39,215 bases of DNA, from the NCBI GenBank assembly GCA_040389265.1, contig JAZKAG010000101.1:1-39215 (forward strand), read 5' to 3'. The position numbers and the translations under genes are program-made. Position 1 is the first letter of the stretch. Each line of letters starts with the position of its first letter. This DNA is from Acidobacteriota bacterium (GTDB lineage Bacteria; Acidobacteriota; Terriglobia; Terriglobales; Acidobacteriaceae). Of the stretch, positions 7,823-17,110 are shown one piece after another. Below the pieces are notes generated by a model. That model was given only the letters and a program-made list of their open reading frames with translations. It had not been told where the DNA came from and did not search any database.

Positions 7823-9052
7823 CTATTGCTGGCCGCCGCCTCCACCACCACCGCCACCGCCTTGTCCGCCCAAATTCCACGAGGCGCTGAACAAGTTCTG
7901 GCCTGCCGACGCATCCAGAATTGGTTCCACGCCAGCCAGCAGCGTGCACGCCGTCAACGAGCCGGGCGCAACCTGCGTTGCTACGATCATGACCGCTTCC
8001 CCCTTATGCAGGTCGGGTAGCTGGATCATGGGTGCATGCTGCAACATCTGAGTCACGCTGCTTCCATGGTGTGTCCCGCCTGCCTCGGTAGTGACTTGGG
8101 CTGCACCAGCCGGGGCGGTTGCGGAAGTTGTTGCCGGCGCACTCGCTTGGTGAGCCTGTCCACCCTGTCGGCTGCCGGCGTGCGCTCCTGTCTCGCCCTT
8201 GCCTCCGGATGGTTTCAGGCGTTCCGCGATCGCTTGTGCCATGGCTGGGTCGAGTTTATGCAACTGCGAGTCTGCATTCAGGTGAATGACGACCGGCTTT
8301 TTAGTTTCAAAGTCCTTTACCGTCACCGCATTCGCGGCCGCATCGGTAGAAATCACAGACCCGGCAAGATTGCGGAAGCTGCCGGCAACAATTTCTTCCG
8401 CCTGCAACTCCGCGCCATCTGCGCTTCGTTCTCCCCGGGCACGAAGCTGGTCGCCGGGATGGATTTGATCCACAGTGGAGACCTTGGTATCGCTGAACTT
8501 GATGGAACCGGGCTCATACCGTCGCACCACCGTCTTAGGAGTGGTATGGATTGTCACCGCGGTGTTCAGGTGATTAACCGTCACCGTCCCGGCCGCCGCG
8601 TCGACCGTCTTTACAATTCCCCCCACGCCGCGCCGTTGCCAGTCTGCCTCTTCGGCCTGGTGTTCTTTCGCAATATCTGCCTCGCGCATGGCGATCACCG
8701 TTGTCGCCGTCGGACCAGATCCATCCGCGGCGGCTCTCACCGCGACCAGTACACGGTCGCCAGCCGCCAGATCGGTCAGATGAATCGGTTTCGCACCGGC
8801 AATCGTTTTTGCTCCGGGCGTCGTTTCCAGCACGCGCGCCGAATCGGCCACTGTTACTGTAGTCGGCGGTCCAGTATCCGGCTTTACGGTGAGCGATTGA
8901 CCATTAACCGAAACTACCGCCCCGACTAGTCGGCTCACGGGAGCAGATTGAGGGTTGGCTTGTTGCGCCAGGAGGTTGCAAGCAACAGGCGGCACGATGG
9001 CAGTCAGTCCGCCGATCAGAGCAAGTGAACCGAGGAACCGGAATGAGCCCAT
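7823..9052 (-). CDS. Exported protein with three DUF5666-like beta modules and a poly-glycine C-terminal tail
   Basis: ATG 9052 is preferred over the track start at 9094: GAGGAG lies ~10 nt upstream and it yields the signal peptide MGSFRFLGSLALIGGLTAIVPPVA. Three repeats follow the pattern G.V.sVd....lTVk....v.v... plus ..GD.v.v.g....g...A..I.ag. The protein ends in ...GGQGGGGGGGGGGQQ. Confidence 0.7.
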   Translation of the reverse strand: MGSFRFLGSLALIGGLTAIVPPVACNLLAQQANPQSAPVSRLVGAVVSVNGQSLTVKPDTGPPTTVTVADSARVLETTPGAKTIAGAKPIHLTDLAAGDRVLVAVRAAADGSGPTATTVIAMREADIAKEHQAEEADWQRRGVGGIVKTVDAAAGTVTVNHLNTAVTIHTTPKTVVRRYEPGSIKFSDTKVSTVDQIHPGDQLRARGERSADGAELQAEEIVAGSFRNLAGSVISTDAAANAVTVKDFETKKPVVIHLNADSQLHKLDPAMAQAIAERLKPSGGKGETGAHAGSRQGGQAHQASAPATTSATAPAGAAQVTTEAGGTHHGSSVTQMLQHAPMIQLPDLHKGEAVMIVATQVAPGSLTACTLLAGVEPILDASAGQNLFSASWNLGGQGGGGGGGGGGQQ

Positions 9053-9172
9053 GAATATCCTTTCTCCTCGCATGTCACAGAGCAATCTGCACATGCGTAT
9101 CTGTTCTGTAGAAGGTGACGTTCTGGCCGCCGGAAGGTTTCACGAATCGAGCACATACTATAACCTTTTTGG

Positions 9173-9859
9173 ATGAGTCGGCTATTTCGTCCGAGAAGGG
9201 AGCGATTGCGAAGCGCACTTGGCTTGAAGCAGCTTCTTCTCCTGGCTCTTTTGTTTGGATTTACTTGCGGAGTTGCTCCGTTTCTTGTCGCGCAAACGTC
9301 GCATCGCGATGGCGAAACCATCGTGATGATTCGCCATGGAGAGAAGCCCGCCGCCGGTCTGGGGCAGTTAACCTGCAGAGGATTGAACCGGTCGCTGGCG
9401 CTGGCACCCCTGCTACTTGCCCGTTATGGTAAGCCCGACGCACTCTATGCGCCCGACCCCGCATTCGAGGTCAAGGAAGGTATTTTTGGGCCGCGCTACT
9501 CGTATGTGCGTGCCCTGGCAACCATCGAGCCCACCGCGATTCTCGCCGGGATGCCGGTCAACACCCAGATCGGCTTCGACCAGATTGACCAATTGCAGCA
9601 AGCTCTGCTGCAGCCCAGCTACGTCCACGCGCTGATTTTCGTTGCCTGGGAACATGATCATCTCCGTCTCTTCGCCAAACAGCTACTGCAGTCCTACGGT
9701 GACGGCGCGTCGTTCGTGCCGCCGTGGGCCGGCGAAGACTACGGCACCATATATGTCTTTCAGGTCACGCGGCCGAAAGACGGCGGCAAGCCTCACGTCA
9801 CACTCAGCATTCAACAGGAAAACCTGGGCGGAAAGCTGAGCAATTCCTGCCCACACTAA
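9173..9859 (+). CDS. Histidine phosphatase superfamily protein, exported
   Basis: Hydrophobic N-terminus LLLLALLFGFTCGVAPFLVAQ, then the catalytic IVMIRHGEK (RHG) motif and a later WEHDH. An alternative TTG start at 9206 has a GGGAG Shine-Dalgarno (SD). Confidence 0.72.
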   Translation: MSRLFRPRRERLRSALGLKQLLLLALLFGFTCGVAPFLVAQTSHRDGETIVMIRHGEKPAAGLGQLTCRGLNRSLALAPLLLARYGKPDALYAPDPAFEVKEGIFGPRYSYVRALATIEPTAILAGMPVNTQIGFDQIDQLQQALLQPSYVHALIFVAWEHDHLRLFAKQLLQSYGDGASFVPPWAGEDYGTIYVFQVTRPKDGGKPHVTLSIQQENLGGKLSNSCPH

Positions 9860-9961
9860 TGCTTTCCCGCACCTTTCCCCGCCACCGGCACAACCGGGGA
9901 ACTTTGATCTCCCGCATGACGTACCTCCAATCGACAGAGGTTTTCAATTGGAGTGAGCACG

Positions 9962-10570
9962 ATGATGATAGCGACACACCGGAAATGTTCCACCCCTGCG
10001 ATGGTTCTGTCCGTCGCCATTCTCGCCGCCTGCAGTGCCGCCTGCATGGCTCAAAATTCGGGCGCGAAAAAAAATTCCGACTTCAACCTTGCGCTGCACG
10101 CGAACACCCATGTTACGGCCGCCGACATCGGACTGCCGGAGTATCCGGAAGCCGCACCCTATAAAAATCCCGACAATAAAGATTCCGACTCCGCGGTCGA
10201 CCTGGGCTTCAGCTTCGGCAATGTCCATTTCGTTGTGAAAGCTGCCAGCTATGTCACCCACGATTCTCCGCAGCAAGTTCTGGATTTCTATCGTAAGCCG
10301 CTGTCGCATTATGGGCAGGTTCTGGAGTGCGATCATGGTCGTCCCGTGGGTTCGCTAAAGCAGACTCCCACCGGCCTTACGTGCAACGACAACCCAAGCA
10401 TCCACACGGATTCCAGCGGCGATTCTTCCAGTGATCACGAACTTCGGTCCGGACGTCCCGATCGTTACCGCCTGGTGGGGATTGATGAAACGCATTCCGG
10501 ATCGACCCGCTTCGGCATGGCCTACATCGAACTTCCTAAAGATAAAGACGAGAATAACCAGACCGATTAG
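9962..10570 (+). CDS. Hypothetical lipoprotein
   Basis: ATG 9962 has GGAG 9 nt upstream; the track start is GTG 9953. The lipobox-like sequence is VAILAAC. The pattern GLPEYPEA...YVTHDSPQQVLDFYRKPL resembles the widespread uncharacterised 'lP.YPGA ... T.Ds...V..FY' small exported protein type. Confidence 0.62.
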   Translation: MMIATHRKCSTPAMVLSVAILAACSAACMAQNSGAKKNSDFNLALHANTHVTAADIGLPEYPEAAPYKNPDNKDSDSAVDLGFSFGNVHFVVKAASYVTHDSPQQVLDFYRKPLSHYGQVLECDHGRPVGSLKQTPTGLTCNDNPSIHTDSSGDSSSDHELRSGRPDRYRLVGIDETHSGSTRFGMAYIELPKDKDENNQTD

Positions 10571-10680
10571 CCTGTCTCGCCTATGATGGAGAGGATTCCA
10601 TTCAAGGCGATCATGCGCCCGTGCAATTCTAATTGCGTTGTCGTTCAGACCGGCTGCTTTAGTAGCGCCGCTGCCGCTAC

Positions 10681-10986
10681 ATGTGCGGAGATGAACCGGT
10701 GATCCGGCGCTGGCTCGGCTGGCTGATTCGATACTTTCCAGTTTTCGTCGGTCTCGTTTTGCTCCTATACATCGGAGATTGGGCGGTTTTTGAAGTTCGT
10801 GTCGCGCAGGGCACCCCCTACAGCACAGTCGAAGTACATCACTACCTGGCTACCGCTCTGAAAGGGCAGAAGACGGAATACGACCTGATGGGATCGACCC
10901 AGGAAACCTGCAGTCGCTCGATTTTTCCTCAGAAATGGAACCCTCCGTGCTGGTGGTTGAAACGGCACACATCCAGGTGGGAATAG
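10681..10986 (+). CDS. Small hypothetical membrane protein (one TM helix, Cys/Trp-rich tail)
   Basis: The TM segment is WLIRYFPVFVGLVLLLYIGDWAVF. A possible GTG start at 10699 has GGAG 9 nt upstream. No recognised family. Confidence 0.5.
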   Translation: MCGDEPVIRRWLGWLIRYFPVFVGLVLLLYIGDWAVFEVRVAQGTPYSTVEVHHYLATALKGQKTEYDLMGSTQETCSRSIFPQKWNPPCWWLKRHTSRWE

Positions 10987-11096
10987 ATTCACAATCATTT
11001 CTTCGGGTTACAGAGCCCGCCAATCAATTCAATGGTTTTCCAGCGCAACTCATTCGGCTTACAGGCGTCTAATCAGGTATTGTTTCCGCTCTGGAC

Positions 11097-12275
11097 GTGA
11101 CGTGCATGATGCATCTGCCAAAACTCGAACGCCGTCCTGAACTGGATGCCCTGCGTGGTCTCTTCCTGGTATGGATGACGTTGACGCACCTTCCAACGCG
11201 GTTCAGCGATCTCGTCAACCAGCCCATCGGGTTTGTCACCTCCGCCGAGGGATTCGTGTTTCTTTCGGCGCTGCTGGTGGGTCGGCTTTACGTGCGCGAA
11301 TTGTTGCAGGACGAGCCGCGGGTGCGACGCAAGCTCTGGAGACGCTCGCTGAAGATTTATGGCTATCACCTGCTGCTTTTGGGTTTTGCCTTTACCCTTG
11401 CGGCTGCGTTCGCGGTCCACAGTCACAAAGCGGCGCTGACGAATCTTCTCGATTTTTACCTGGCCCATCCCGGCGTGGCGATCGTATATTCCATCCTGCT
11501 GATCTATTGCCCCCCGCTGCTCGATATTCTGCCCATGTACGTCACCTTCCTGTTCTTCACGCCGTTATTGCTTTCGGCATCGTGGCGCTACGGGTGGAAG
11601 AGGATTCTGGCAGCCAGCGGGTCAGTATGGTTGCTGGCGCAGTTTGGACTGCGAGACCTGGCGCATAATGCCATCGTCAGTGTCACCCACCTGCGGATTC
11701 CCCTGCAGGAGATGGGTGCATTCAACCTGTTTGCCTGGCAGGCAGTGTGGGTTGCAGGATTGTGGCTGGGCGCGAAGTCCGCAGTAGGCGATGTTCCGCT
11801 GCGAAAAATCCCCAGTTGGGGAGCCGCCGTCGCCGCCTCGGTGTGCGTGTTTTTTGTGGGGGTTCGCCATAGCTGGCTGGGGCCGCACCTGACCCAGCAG
11901 GCCCTGGGAATGTGGCTGGACAAATGGCAGATCGGTCCGCTGCGGGTGCTGAACCTGCTCGCCTTTCTGGTCGTCTTCTATTGGCTGCGCAAGTACGTTC
12001 TCCGCGCGGTAGCCGTTGAACCGTTTCTCACCCTGGGAAAAGCTTCCTTGCAGGTGTACTGCGCACATCTGTTCTTTGTCTTCGCCGGCCTTGCATTGCT
12101 GTATGGCGAAGTGGAACAACTCCACGGCATGGTGGCGATTTCGCTGGTGGCCATCACCTTTGCCGTGCTGATTCTGGTGGCGTTGAATGAAGCCCGGAAG
12201 CGCCGCCGCACCCGCGAAGCCAAATTGCGCCATCCCACGGACGCAGTCTCTGTCCCTGCGAGTGAAGCCGCCTAA
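11097..12275 (+). CDS. OpgC-like / acyltransferase-3-like integral membrane protein
   Basis: N-terminal RRPELDALRGLFLVWMTLTHLP and GFVTSAEGFVFLSALLVG match the OpgC pattern, and there are about 10 hydrophobic segments. The start may be GTG 11097 or ATG 11106. The stop overlaps the glmU stop by 4 nt (convergent). Confidence 0.78.
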   Translation: MTCMMHLPKLERRPELDALRGLFLVWMTLTHLPTRFSDLVNQPIGFVTSAEGFVFLSALLVGRLYVRELLQDEPRVRRKLWRRSLKIYGYHLLLLGFAFTLAAAFAVHSHKAALTNLLDFYLAHPGVAIVYSILLIYCPPLLDILPMYVTFLFFTPLLLSASWRYGWKRILAASGSVWLLAQFGLRDLAHNAIVSVTHLRIPLQEMGAFNLFAWQAVWVAGLWLGAKSAVGDVPLRKIPSWGAAVAASVCVFFVGVRHSWLGPHLTQQALGMWLDKWQIGPLRVLNLLAFLVVFYWLRKYVLRAVAVEPFLTLGKASLQVYCAHLFFVFAGLALLYGEVEQLHGMVAISLVAITFAVLILVALNEARKRRRTREAKLRHPTDAVSVPASEAA

Positions 12276-13681
12276 CTATCTTTCTTCTTCTGCTGGGCTG
12301 CCCGCCGCTGCTTCACCCATCCCGGCTTCACCGCCTGCCGGGCACGGCCCAGCGCCAATGCGCCCGCAGGAACCGGCTCGGTAATGCAGGAGGCTGCGGC
12401 CACGTAGCTGTCGTCTTGCACTGAGACCGGCGCGACCAGGGTGGAATTGCTGCCCACAAAAACACGATCCCCAATCTGCGTGGGATGTTTATTCACGCCG
12501 TCATAGTTGCAGGTGATCACGCCTGCACCAATATTGCAGCCGGAACCGACGGAAACATCGCCAAGATACGTGAGATGATTCGCCTTCGACTTTTCGCCTA
12601 AACGAGCATTCTTGGTTTCGACAAAATTGCCGACATGGGCCGCGGGCCCAATCTGGCTGCCAGGACGCAGGTGAGCAAACGGCCCGATAAAGGCACAATC
12701 GCTCACGGCCGCTCCGTCCAGGATGCAGCCGTTGCGAATCAGGACATGGTCGCCGATCTTCGAATCTTGAACTACCGAATACGACCGAATCCGGCAATCC
12801 TCGCCCACCTGGGTCATGCCCAGCAGCTGCACAAACGGTTCCACGATGGTGTCTGCGCCCACCGTTACGTCCGAATCGATGACACAGGTTTCAGGACGAT
12901 GTATCGTCACGCCTTGCGCCATCAGCGCTTCCGCCGCCTTCATCCGCAACGCGCCTTCCAGCTCCATCATCTCGGCGATCGTGTTGGCCCCCAGTACTTC
13001 GGTTGCATCAGCCACCTCATAGGCCACAACCCGTTCGCCGGCGGCGCGCAGAATGGCTGCCATGTCGGTCAGGTAATATTCTCCGTGCGCGTTGTTCGAT
13101 TGCAGCGCATCGATATGCTGATACAAGGTGTCGATGTGAAATACATAGATGCCGGAGTTGATCTCTCCAATATGCTGTTGCTCTGCCGTCAACGATTTCT
13201 GCTCGATGATTGCACCGACCTCTGGACTGGTCGGCTCGACGCGAACCACGCGTCCATATCCAAAAGGATTGCCAGGCCGAGCCGTCAGAATCGTCATGGC
13301 CGCCTTCTGCGCCCGGTGGAACTCGCGCAGATGCTCGATCGTTTCTGGCCGGATAAGAGGTACATCGCCAGACAGCACCAGGAGATCTCCCCGCCCGCGT
13401 ACCGACTCGCGCAGGCACTGCACCGCATGTCCGGTGCCCAGTTGCTGCATTTGCGGGACAAAATGGACTCCAGCGGCGGAGACAGCGCGTTCGACCTCCT
13501 CCGCCTGATGACCGACCACCACAAAAACCTGGTCCGGGGAAGTCACCTTGAGGACAGCGTCCAGTACGTGCCGCAACAGCGGCTTGCCGGCGATAGCGTG
13601 CAGCACCTTGGCGAGCTTGGACTTGAGCCGCGTACCTTTTCCCGCGGCAAGAATAGCTGTGGCAAACGGTTGTGATTCCAT
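12272..13681 (-). CDS. glmU: Bifunctional UDP-N-acetylglucosamine pyrophosphorylase / glucosamine-1-phosphate N-acetyltransferase
   Basis: N-terminal ILAAGKGTRLKS...KVLH..AGKPLL, a C-terminal left-handed beta-helix hexapeptide region, and SD GGAAGG upstream of ATG 13681. Confidence 0.95.
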   Translation of the reverse strand: MESQPFATAILAAGKGTRLKSKLAKVLHAIAGKPLLRHVLDAVLKVTSPDQVFVVVGHQAEEVERAVSAAGVHFVPQMQQLGTGHAVQCLRESVRGRGDLLVLSGDVPLIRPETIEHLREFHRAQKAAMTILTARPGNPFGYGRVVRVEPTSPEVGAIIEQKSLTAEQQHIGEINSGIYVFHIDTLYQHIDALQSNNAHGEYYLTDMAAILRAAGERVVAYEVADATEVLGANTIAEMMELEGALRMKAAEALMAQGVTIHRPETCVIDSDVTVGADTIVEPFVQLLGMTQVGEDCRIRSYSVVQDSKIGDHVLIRNGCILDGAAVSDCAFIGPFAHLRPGSQIGPAAHVGNFVETKNARLGEKSKANHLTYLGDVSVGSGCNIGAGVITCNYDGVNKHPTQIGDRVFVGSNSTLVAPVSVQDDSYVAAASCITEPVPAGALALGRARQAVKPGWVKQRRAAQQKKKDS

Positions 13682-13861
13682 AACCTTCCCATCGTCTCAC
13701 AGCTATGAGATCAATATTTATGGTCCGATTGCAAACCCACAGGGGTCGGCGCTGGTATACGCTGAGTCAAAGTCCAGCTATTCTGCGAGAGAGCTGCATC
13801 CAACATGCAACGATCAGGCTCCCCGACGATCTACGAGACAGGTTTTGTACAGGAGTGAAGA

Positions 13862-15622
13862 ATGCGCCTACGTCTTCCAAATGGTATTCGTGCAATGTCC
13901 GGTTTGCTGGTATTGAGTGTTGCCTGCACCGTCGGATGTAATGGCTGCAGTTCCAGCAACAATTCCTCCACCACGGGGACAACCGGCACGTCCGGAACGA
14001 CGGGCACCACGGGCACGACTGGCACCACGGGCACGACTGGTACCACGGGCACGACTGGCACGACGGGCACAACCGGTACGACAGGAACGACGGGCACCGG
14101 GGGTTCCGGCGTCTCGGTGATGACGTATCACAACGACAACACCCGCGAAGGCGAGAATACCCAGGAAACCGTTCTGAACACTACCAACATCAACTCCGCG
14201 ACCTTCGGCAAGGTCGGATTCTATCCAACCGACGGCAAAGTGGATGCCGAGCCCCTGTACGTGCCTGGAGTCATGATCGGCGGAGCCGCCCACAATGTCC
14301 TGTATGTCGTCACGGAAAATGATTCCGCCTACGCCTTTGACGCCGACTCGGGCACAGTTCTATGGCAGGTCTCGACCCTGGGAACAGGCGAGACCGTCAG
14401 CGATCCTCGCAGCTGCGGCCAAGTCTCGCCGAAAATTGGCATGACCTCCACTCCCGTGATCGATCCCAAGCAAGGCGCGCATGGAACCATCTATATGGTC
14501 GCGGCCAGCAAAGACGGCGGCGCCAACTACCATCAACGCCTGCACGCGCTCGATCTGACAACCGGGGCGGAGCAGTCCGGCAGCCCAGTCAGCATCCAGG
14601 CCACCTTTCCCAGCATGGGGCCGGAAAGTTCGAATGGCCAGGTGGTCTTCGATCCCAAGCAATATAACGAACGCGCCGGGCTTCTGCTGCTCAATGGAGT
14701 GGTGTATCTCGGCTGGTCCTCGCACTGCGACATCGAACCCTACACCGGCTGGCTGATGGGATATAACGAGGCTTCGCTGGCACAGACCAGTGTTTTGAAT
14801 CTAACGCCCAACGGCTCGGAAGGTTCCATCTGGCAATCGGGTGCGGGGCTGGTGGCAGATTCCTCCGGCAACATCTATTTCCTGGATGCCAACGGAAGCT
14901 TTGACACCACCCTCAACTCCAACGGAATGCCTGCCAACGGCGATTATGGCAACGCATTTATGAAAGTCTCCACCAGCGGCAACAAGTTGACCGCGGCCGA
15001 TTACTTCACCATGTCCAACACAGTAGCGGAGTCGAATGCCGATGAAGATCTGGGTTCCGGCGGAGCCATGTTGCTGCCCGATGAAACGGATTCCACCGGC
15101 GCCGTGAAGCATTTGGCGGTCGGCGCCGGCAAAGACGCAAATATTTATGTGGTAGACACGGGCAACATGGGCAAGTTCAGCTCCAGCGGCAACAATATTT
15201 ACCAGGAACTGGGCGGCGCGCTGTCAGGGCAGGAATTCGGAATGCCTGCCTATTGGAATAGCACCGTCTACTACGGCGGAGTTGGAGATTCCATTCGCGC
15301 CTATCCCATTACCCAGGCAAAACTGGCCACCAGTCCCAGCTCGAAGACGGCCCATCATTTTCCGTATCCGGGAGCGACACCGAGCCTCTCCTCAAACGGC
15401 ACCGCGAATGGAATTCTATGGGCGGTCGACAACAGCAACCCAGCCGTTTTGTATGCGTATGACGCGACGGACCTGACCAAGGAACTCTACGACAGCAGCC
15501 AGGCGGCAAGCGGCCGCGACCAGTTCGGACCAGGAAATAAATACATCACGCCGATGATTGCCAACGGCAAAGTGTACGTCGGTACACAAACCGGTGTGGC
15601 CGTCTTTGGAGTGCTGCCATAG
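13862..15622 (+). CDS. Lipoprotein with Thr/Gly-repeat linker and PQQ-like (BamB-like) beta-propeller domain
   Basis: SD AGGAG is present, along with a signal peptide and Cys lipobox (LLVLSVAC / TVGC) and a (GTT)n linker. These are followed by VMTYHNDNTREGEN..., VLYVVTENDSAYAFDADSGTVLWQ and ...ANGKVYVGTQTGVAVFG, typical of PQQ-like propeller repeats. Confidence 0.8.
   Translation: MRLRLPNGIRAMSGLLVLSVACTVGCNGCSSSNNSSTTGTTGTSGTTGTTGTTGTTGTTGTTGTTGTTGTTGTTGTTGTGGSGVSVMTYHNDNTREGENTQETVLNTTNINSATFGKVGFYPTDGKVDAEPLYVPGVMIGGAAHNVLYVVTENDSAYAFDADSGTVLWQVSTLGTGETVSDPRSCGQVSPKIGMTSTPVIDPKQGAHGTIYMVAASKDGGANYHQRLHALDLTTGAEQSGSPVSIQATFPSMGPESSNGQVVFDPKQYNERAGLLLLNGVVYLGWSSHCDIEPYTGWLMGYNEASLAQTSVLNLTPNGSEGSIWQSGAGLVADSSGNIYFLDANGSFDTTLNSNGMPANGDYGNAFMKVSTSGNKLTAADYFTMSNTVAESNADEDLGSGGAMLLPDETDSTGAVKHLAVGAGKDANIYVVDTGNMGKFSSSGNNIYQELGGALSGQEFGMPAYWNSTVYYGGVGDSIRAYPITQAKLATSPSSKTAHHFPYPGATPSLSSNGTANGILWAVDNSNPAVLYAYDATDLTKELYDSSQAASGRDQFGPGNKYITPMIANGKVYVGTQTGVAVFGVLP
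13970..14092 (+). repeat. Coding tandem repeat: 9-nt (Thr-Thr-Gly) units, including three near-perfect 18-nt copies ACCACGGGCACGACTGG(C/T)
   Basis: Read directly: ...acc acg ggc acg act ggc acc acg ggc acg act ggt acc acg ggc acg act ggc..., which encodes TTGTTGTSGTTG(TTG)n. Confidence 0.95.
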
Positions 15623-15632
15623 GTCTCCTGTT

Positions 15633-16382
15633 TCACAAATTTCCCATTCCGCCGTCGATCATCAACTCTGCGCCGACCATGTAGGCCGATTCGTCAGAGG
15701 CCAGATAGACGGCCGCGGACGCAATCTCATCCGGATTTCCAAATCGCCCGGCGGGCACCTGGCTCTGGATAGAGGTCGACACTGCCTTGAGTTCCGCTTC
15801 AGACAGGCCAAGCTTACCGTACAGGGGCGTATTGACGGGTCCGGGGCTGATGGCGTTCACCCGAATACCGCGACCAATCAATTCGCCTGAAAGTGTGCGA
15901 GTCAAAGAAAGCAAAGCAGCCTTGCTGGCGCCGTACACGCTGGTGTTCGCCATTCCGATATGCGCATTCACAGAGGCATTCAACACAATGGAGGCCGGAT
16001 TGGCAAAGATCGGGAGCAACGCCTGGATCAGGAAAAAAGGTCCCTTGAAGTTGGCGTCGAAGGTGCGATCGAAGCCGGCCGCATCCCATTGCTCCACCGG
16101 GCGCAGATCCGCGATCCCGGCGTTGACAAAGAGAACGTCCAGCTGATTGAACTTGGCGCGAATGGCCTCCGCAACTGCCCTTTGTGCGGCTGCGTCACTC
16201 GCATCCGATGCGAGGGCCAGGACCTCACTGCCCAGTTCCTTGCGCGCAGTTTCGAGAGTCTCCGGATTTCGTCCCGTGACAGCAATGCGAGCACCCTCCT
16301 TCAAAAATTGACGAGCTGTTTCCATTCCGATTCCACTGGTTCCACCCGTGATCAACGCCCGTTTACCCTGAAGCCGGTTCAT
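15633..16382 (-). CDS. Short-chain dehydrogenase/reductase (SDR) family oxidoreductase
   Basis: TGGTSGIG cofactor motif, NAG, and the YGASKAAL catalytic YxxxK. ATG 16382 (MNRLQGKRALITGG) is preceded by AAGGAGG, so the longer track ORF to 16508 is unlikely. Confidence 0.9.
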   Translation of the reverse strand: MNRLQGKRALITGGTSGIGMETARQFLKEGARIAVTGRNPETLETARKELGSEVLALASDASDAAAQRAVAEAIRAKFNQLDVLFVNAGIADLRPVEQWDAAGFDRTFDANFKGPFFLIQALLPIFANPASIVLNASVNAHIGMANTSVYGASKAALLSLTRTLSGELIGRGIRVNAISPGPVNTPLYGKLGLSEAELKAVSTSIQSQVPAGRFGNPDEIASAAVYLASDESAYMVGAELMIDGGMGNL

Positions 16383-16573
16383 GCCATCCTCCTTGCCTCG
16401 GACATTGTAGCGTCCTGGACCATGAGTATGTTGCTTGCCTTCGCCACATTTTCTAGGCCGCCTTTTGCGGGAATGAGGCCACGGAGAATAAAAATCTTGA
16501 ATGGCCAAAAATAGTCGTCATAACGAGCATCGAATCCGAAATCCACGCATCCATAATAGGCAGAAAAGGAGAA

Positions 16574-17110
16574 ATGCCTATGCCGCCCCTCACCTATGAA
16601 ATTGATCCAACCCACTCTTCGGCTCATTTCAGCGTCCGTCACTTAATGGTCTCCAACGTTCGCGGGGAATTTACCAAAGTCTCCGGCATCGTCAAATTTG
16701 ACCCGGAAAAGCCGGAAACCTCCAGCGTCGAGGCCAGCATTGACGCCAACTCCATCAGTACTCGCGATGCACAGCGAGACGGACACCTGAAGAGCGCCGA
16801 TTTCCTGGATACCGAAAAGTTCCCGGCCATTACATTTCGCAGTAAGAAGGTTGAACTCGCGCGTGGCGGAGGAAAAATCACAGGCGATTTAACGATTCAC
16901 GGAACGACCCGCGAGATTACGCTGGACGTCGAAGGTCCCAGCCCGGAAATGAAAGACCCGTGGGGCAAGCAGCGCGTAGGCGCCTCTGCTACGACCAAGC
17001 TCAGCCGCAAGGATTTTGGCCTGGTCTGGAATGCGGCCCTGGAAACAGGCGGCGTCATGATTGGCGACGAAGTGAAGGTCAATATCGATGTGGAGTTTGT
17101 CCGCGGATAA
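16574..17110 (+). CDS. YceI family polyisoprenoid-binding protein
   Basis: YEIDPTHSSAHFSVRHLMVSNVRGEF, ...RDGHLKSADFLD... and TIHGTTREITLD are classic YceI motifs. AAAGGAG lies upstream. Confidence 0.9.
   Translation: MPMPPLTYEIDPTHSSAHFSVRHLMVSNVRGEFTKVSGIVKFDPEKPETSSVEASIDANSISTRDAQRDGHLKSADFLDTEKFPAITFRSKKVELARGGGKITGDLTIHGTTREITLDVEGPSPEMKDPWGKQRVGASATTKLSRKDFGLVWNAALETGGVMIGDEVKVNIDVEFVRG

Noticed and set aside
12635-13675. 346-aa plus-strand ORF antisense to glmU; similar cases at 19169..20152 (antisense to rmuC), 5473..6426 (antisense to pyrB/pyrR) and 8036..8929
   Set aside because: Each lies opposite a gene with unambiguous family motifs, and the translations are Arg-rich and low-complexity.
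13970-14092. The tandem repeat as a CRISPR array or mobile-element repeat
   Set aside because: The units are 9/18 nt with no spacers, and they lie in frame inside a coding sequence.
13831-14097. 88-aa ORF encoding (PVV)n on the minus strand
   Set aside because: It is the reverse-complement reading of the (GTT)n coding repeat inside a well-supported plus-strand lipoprotein gene.
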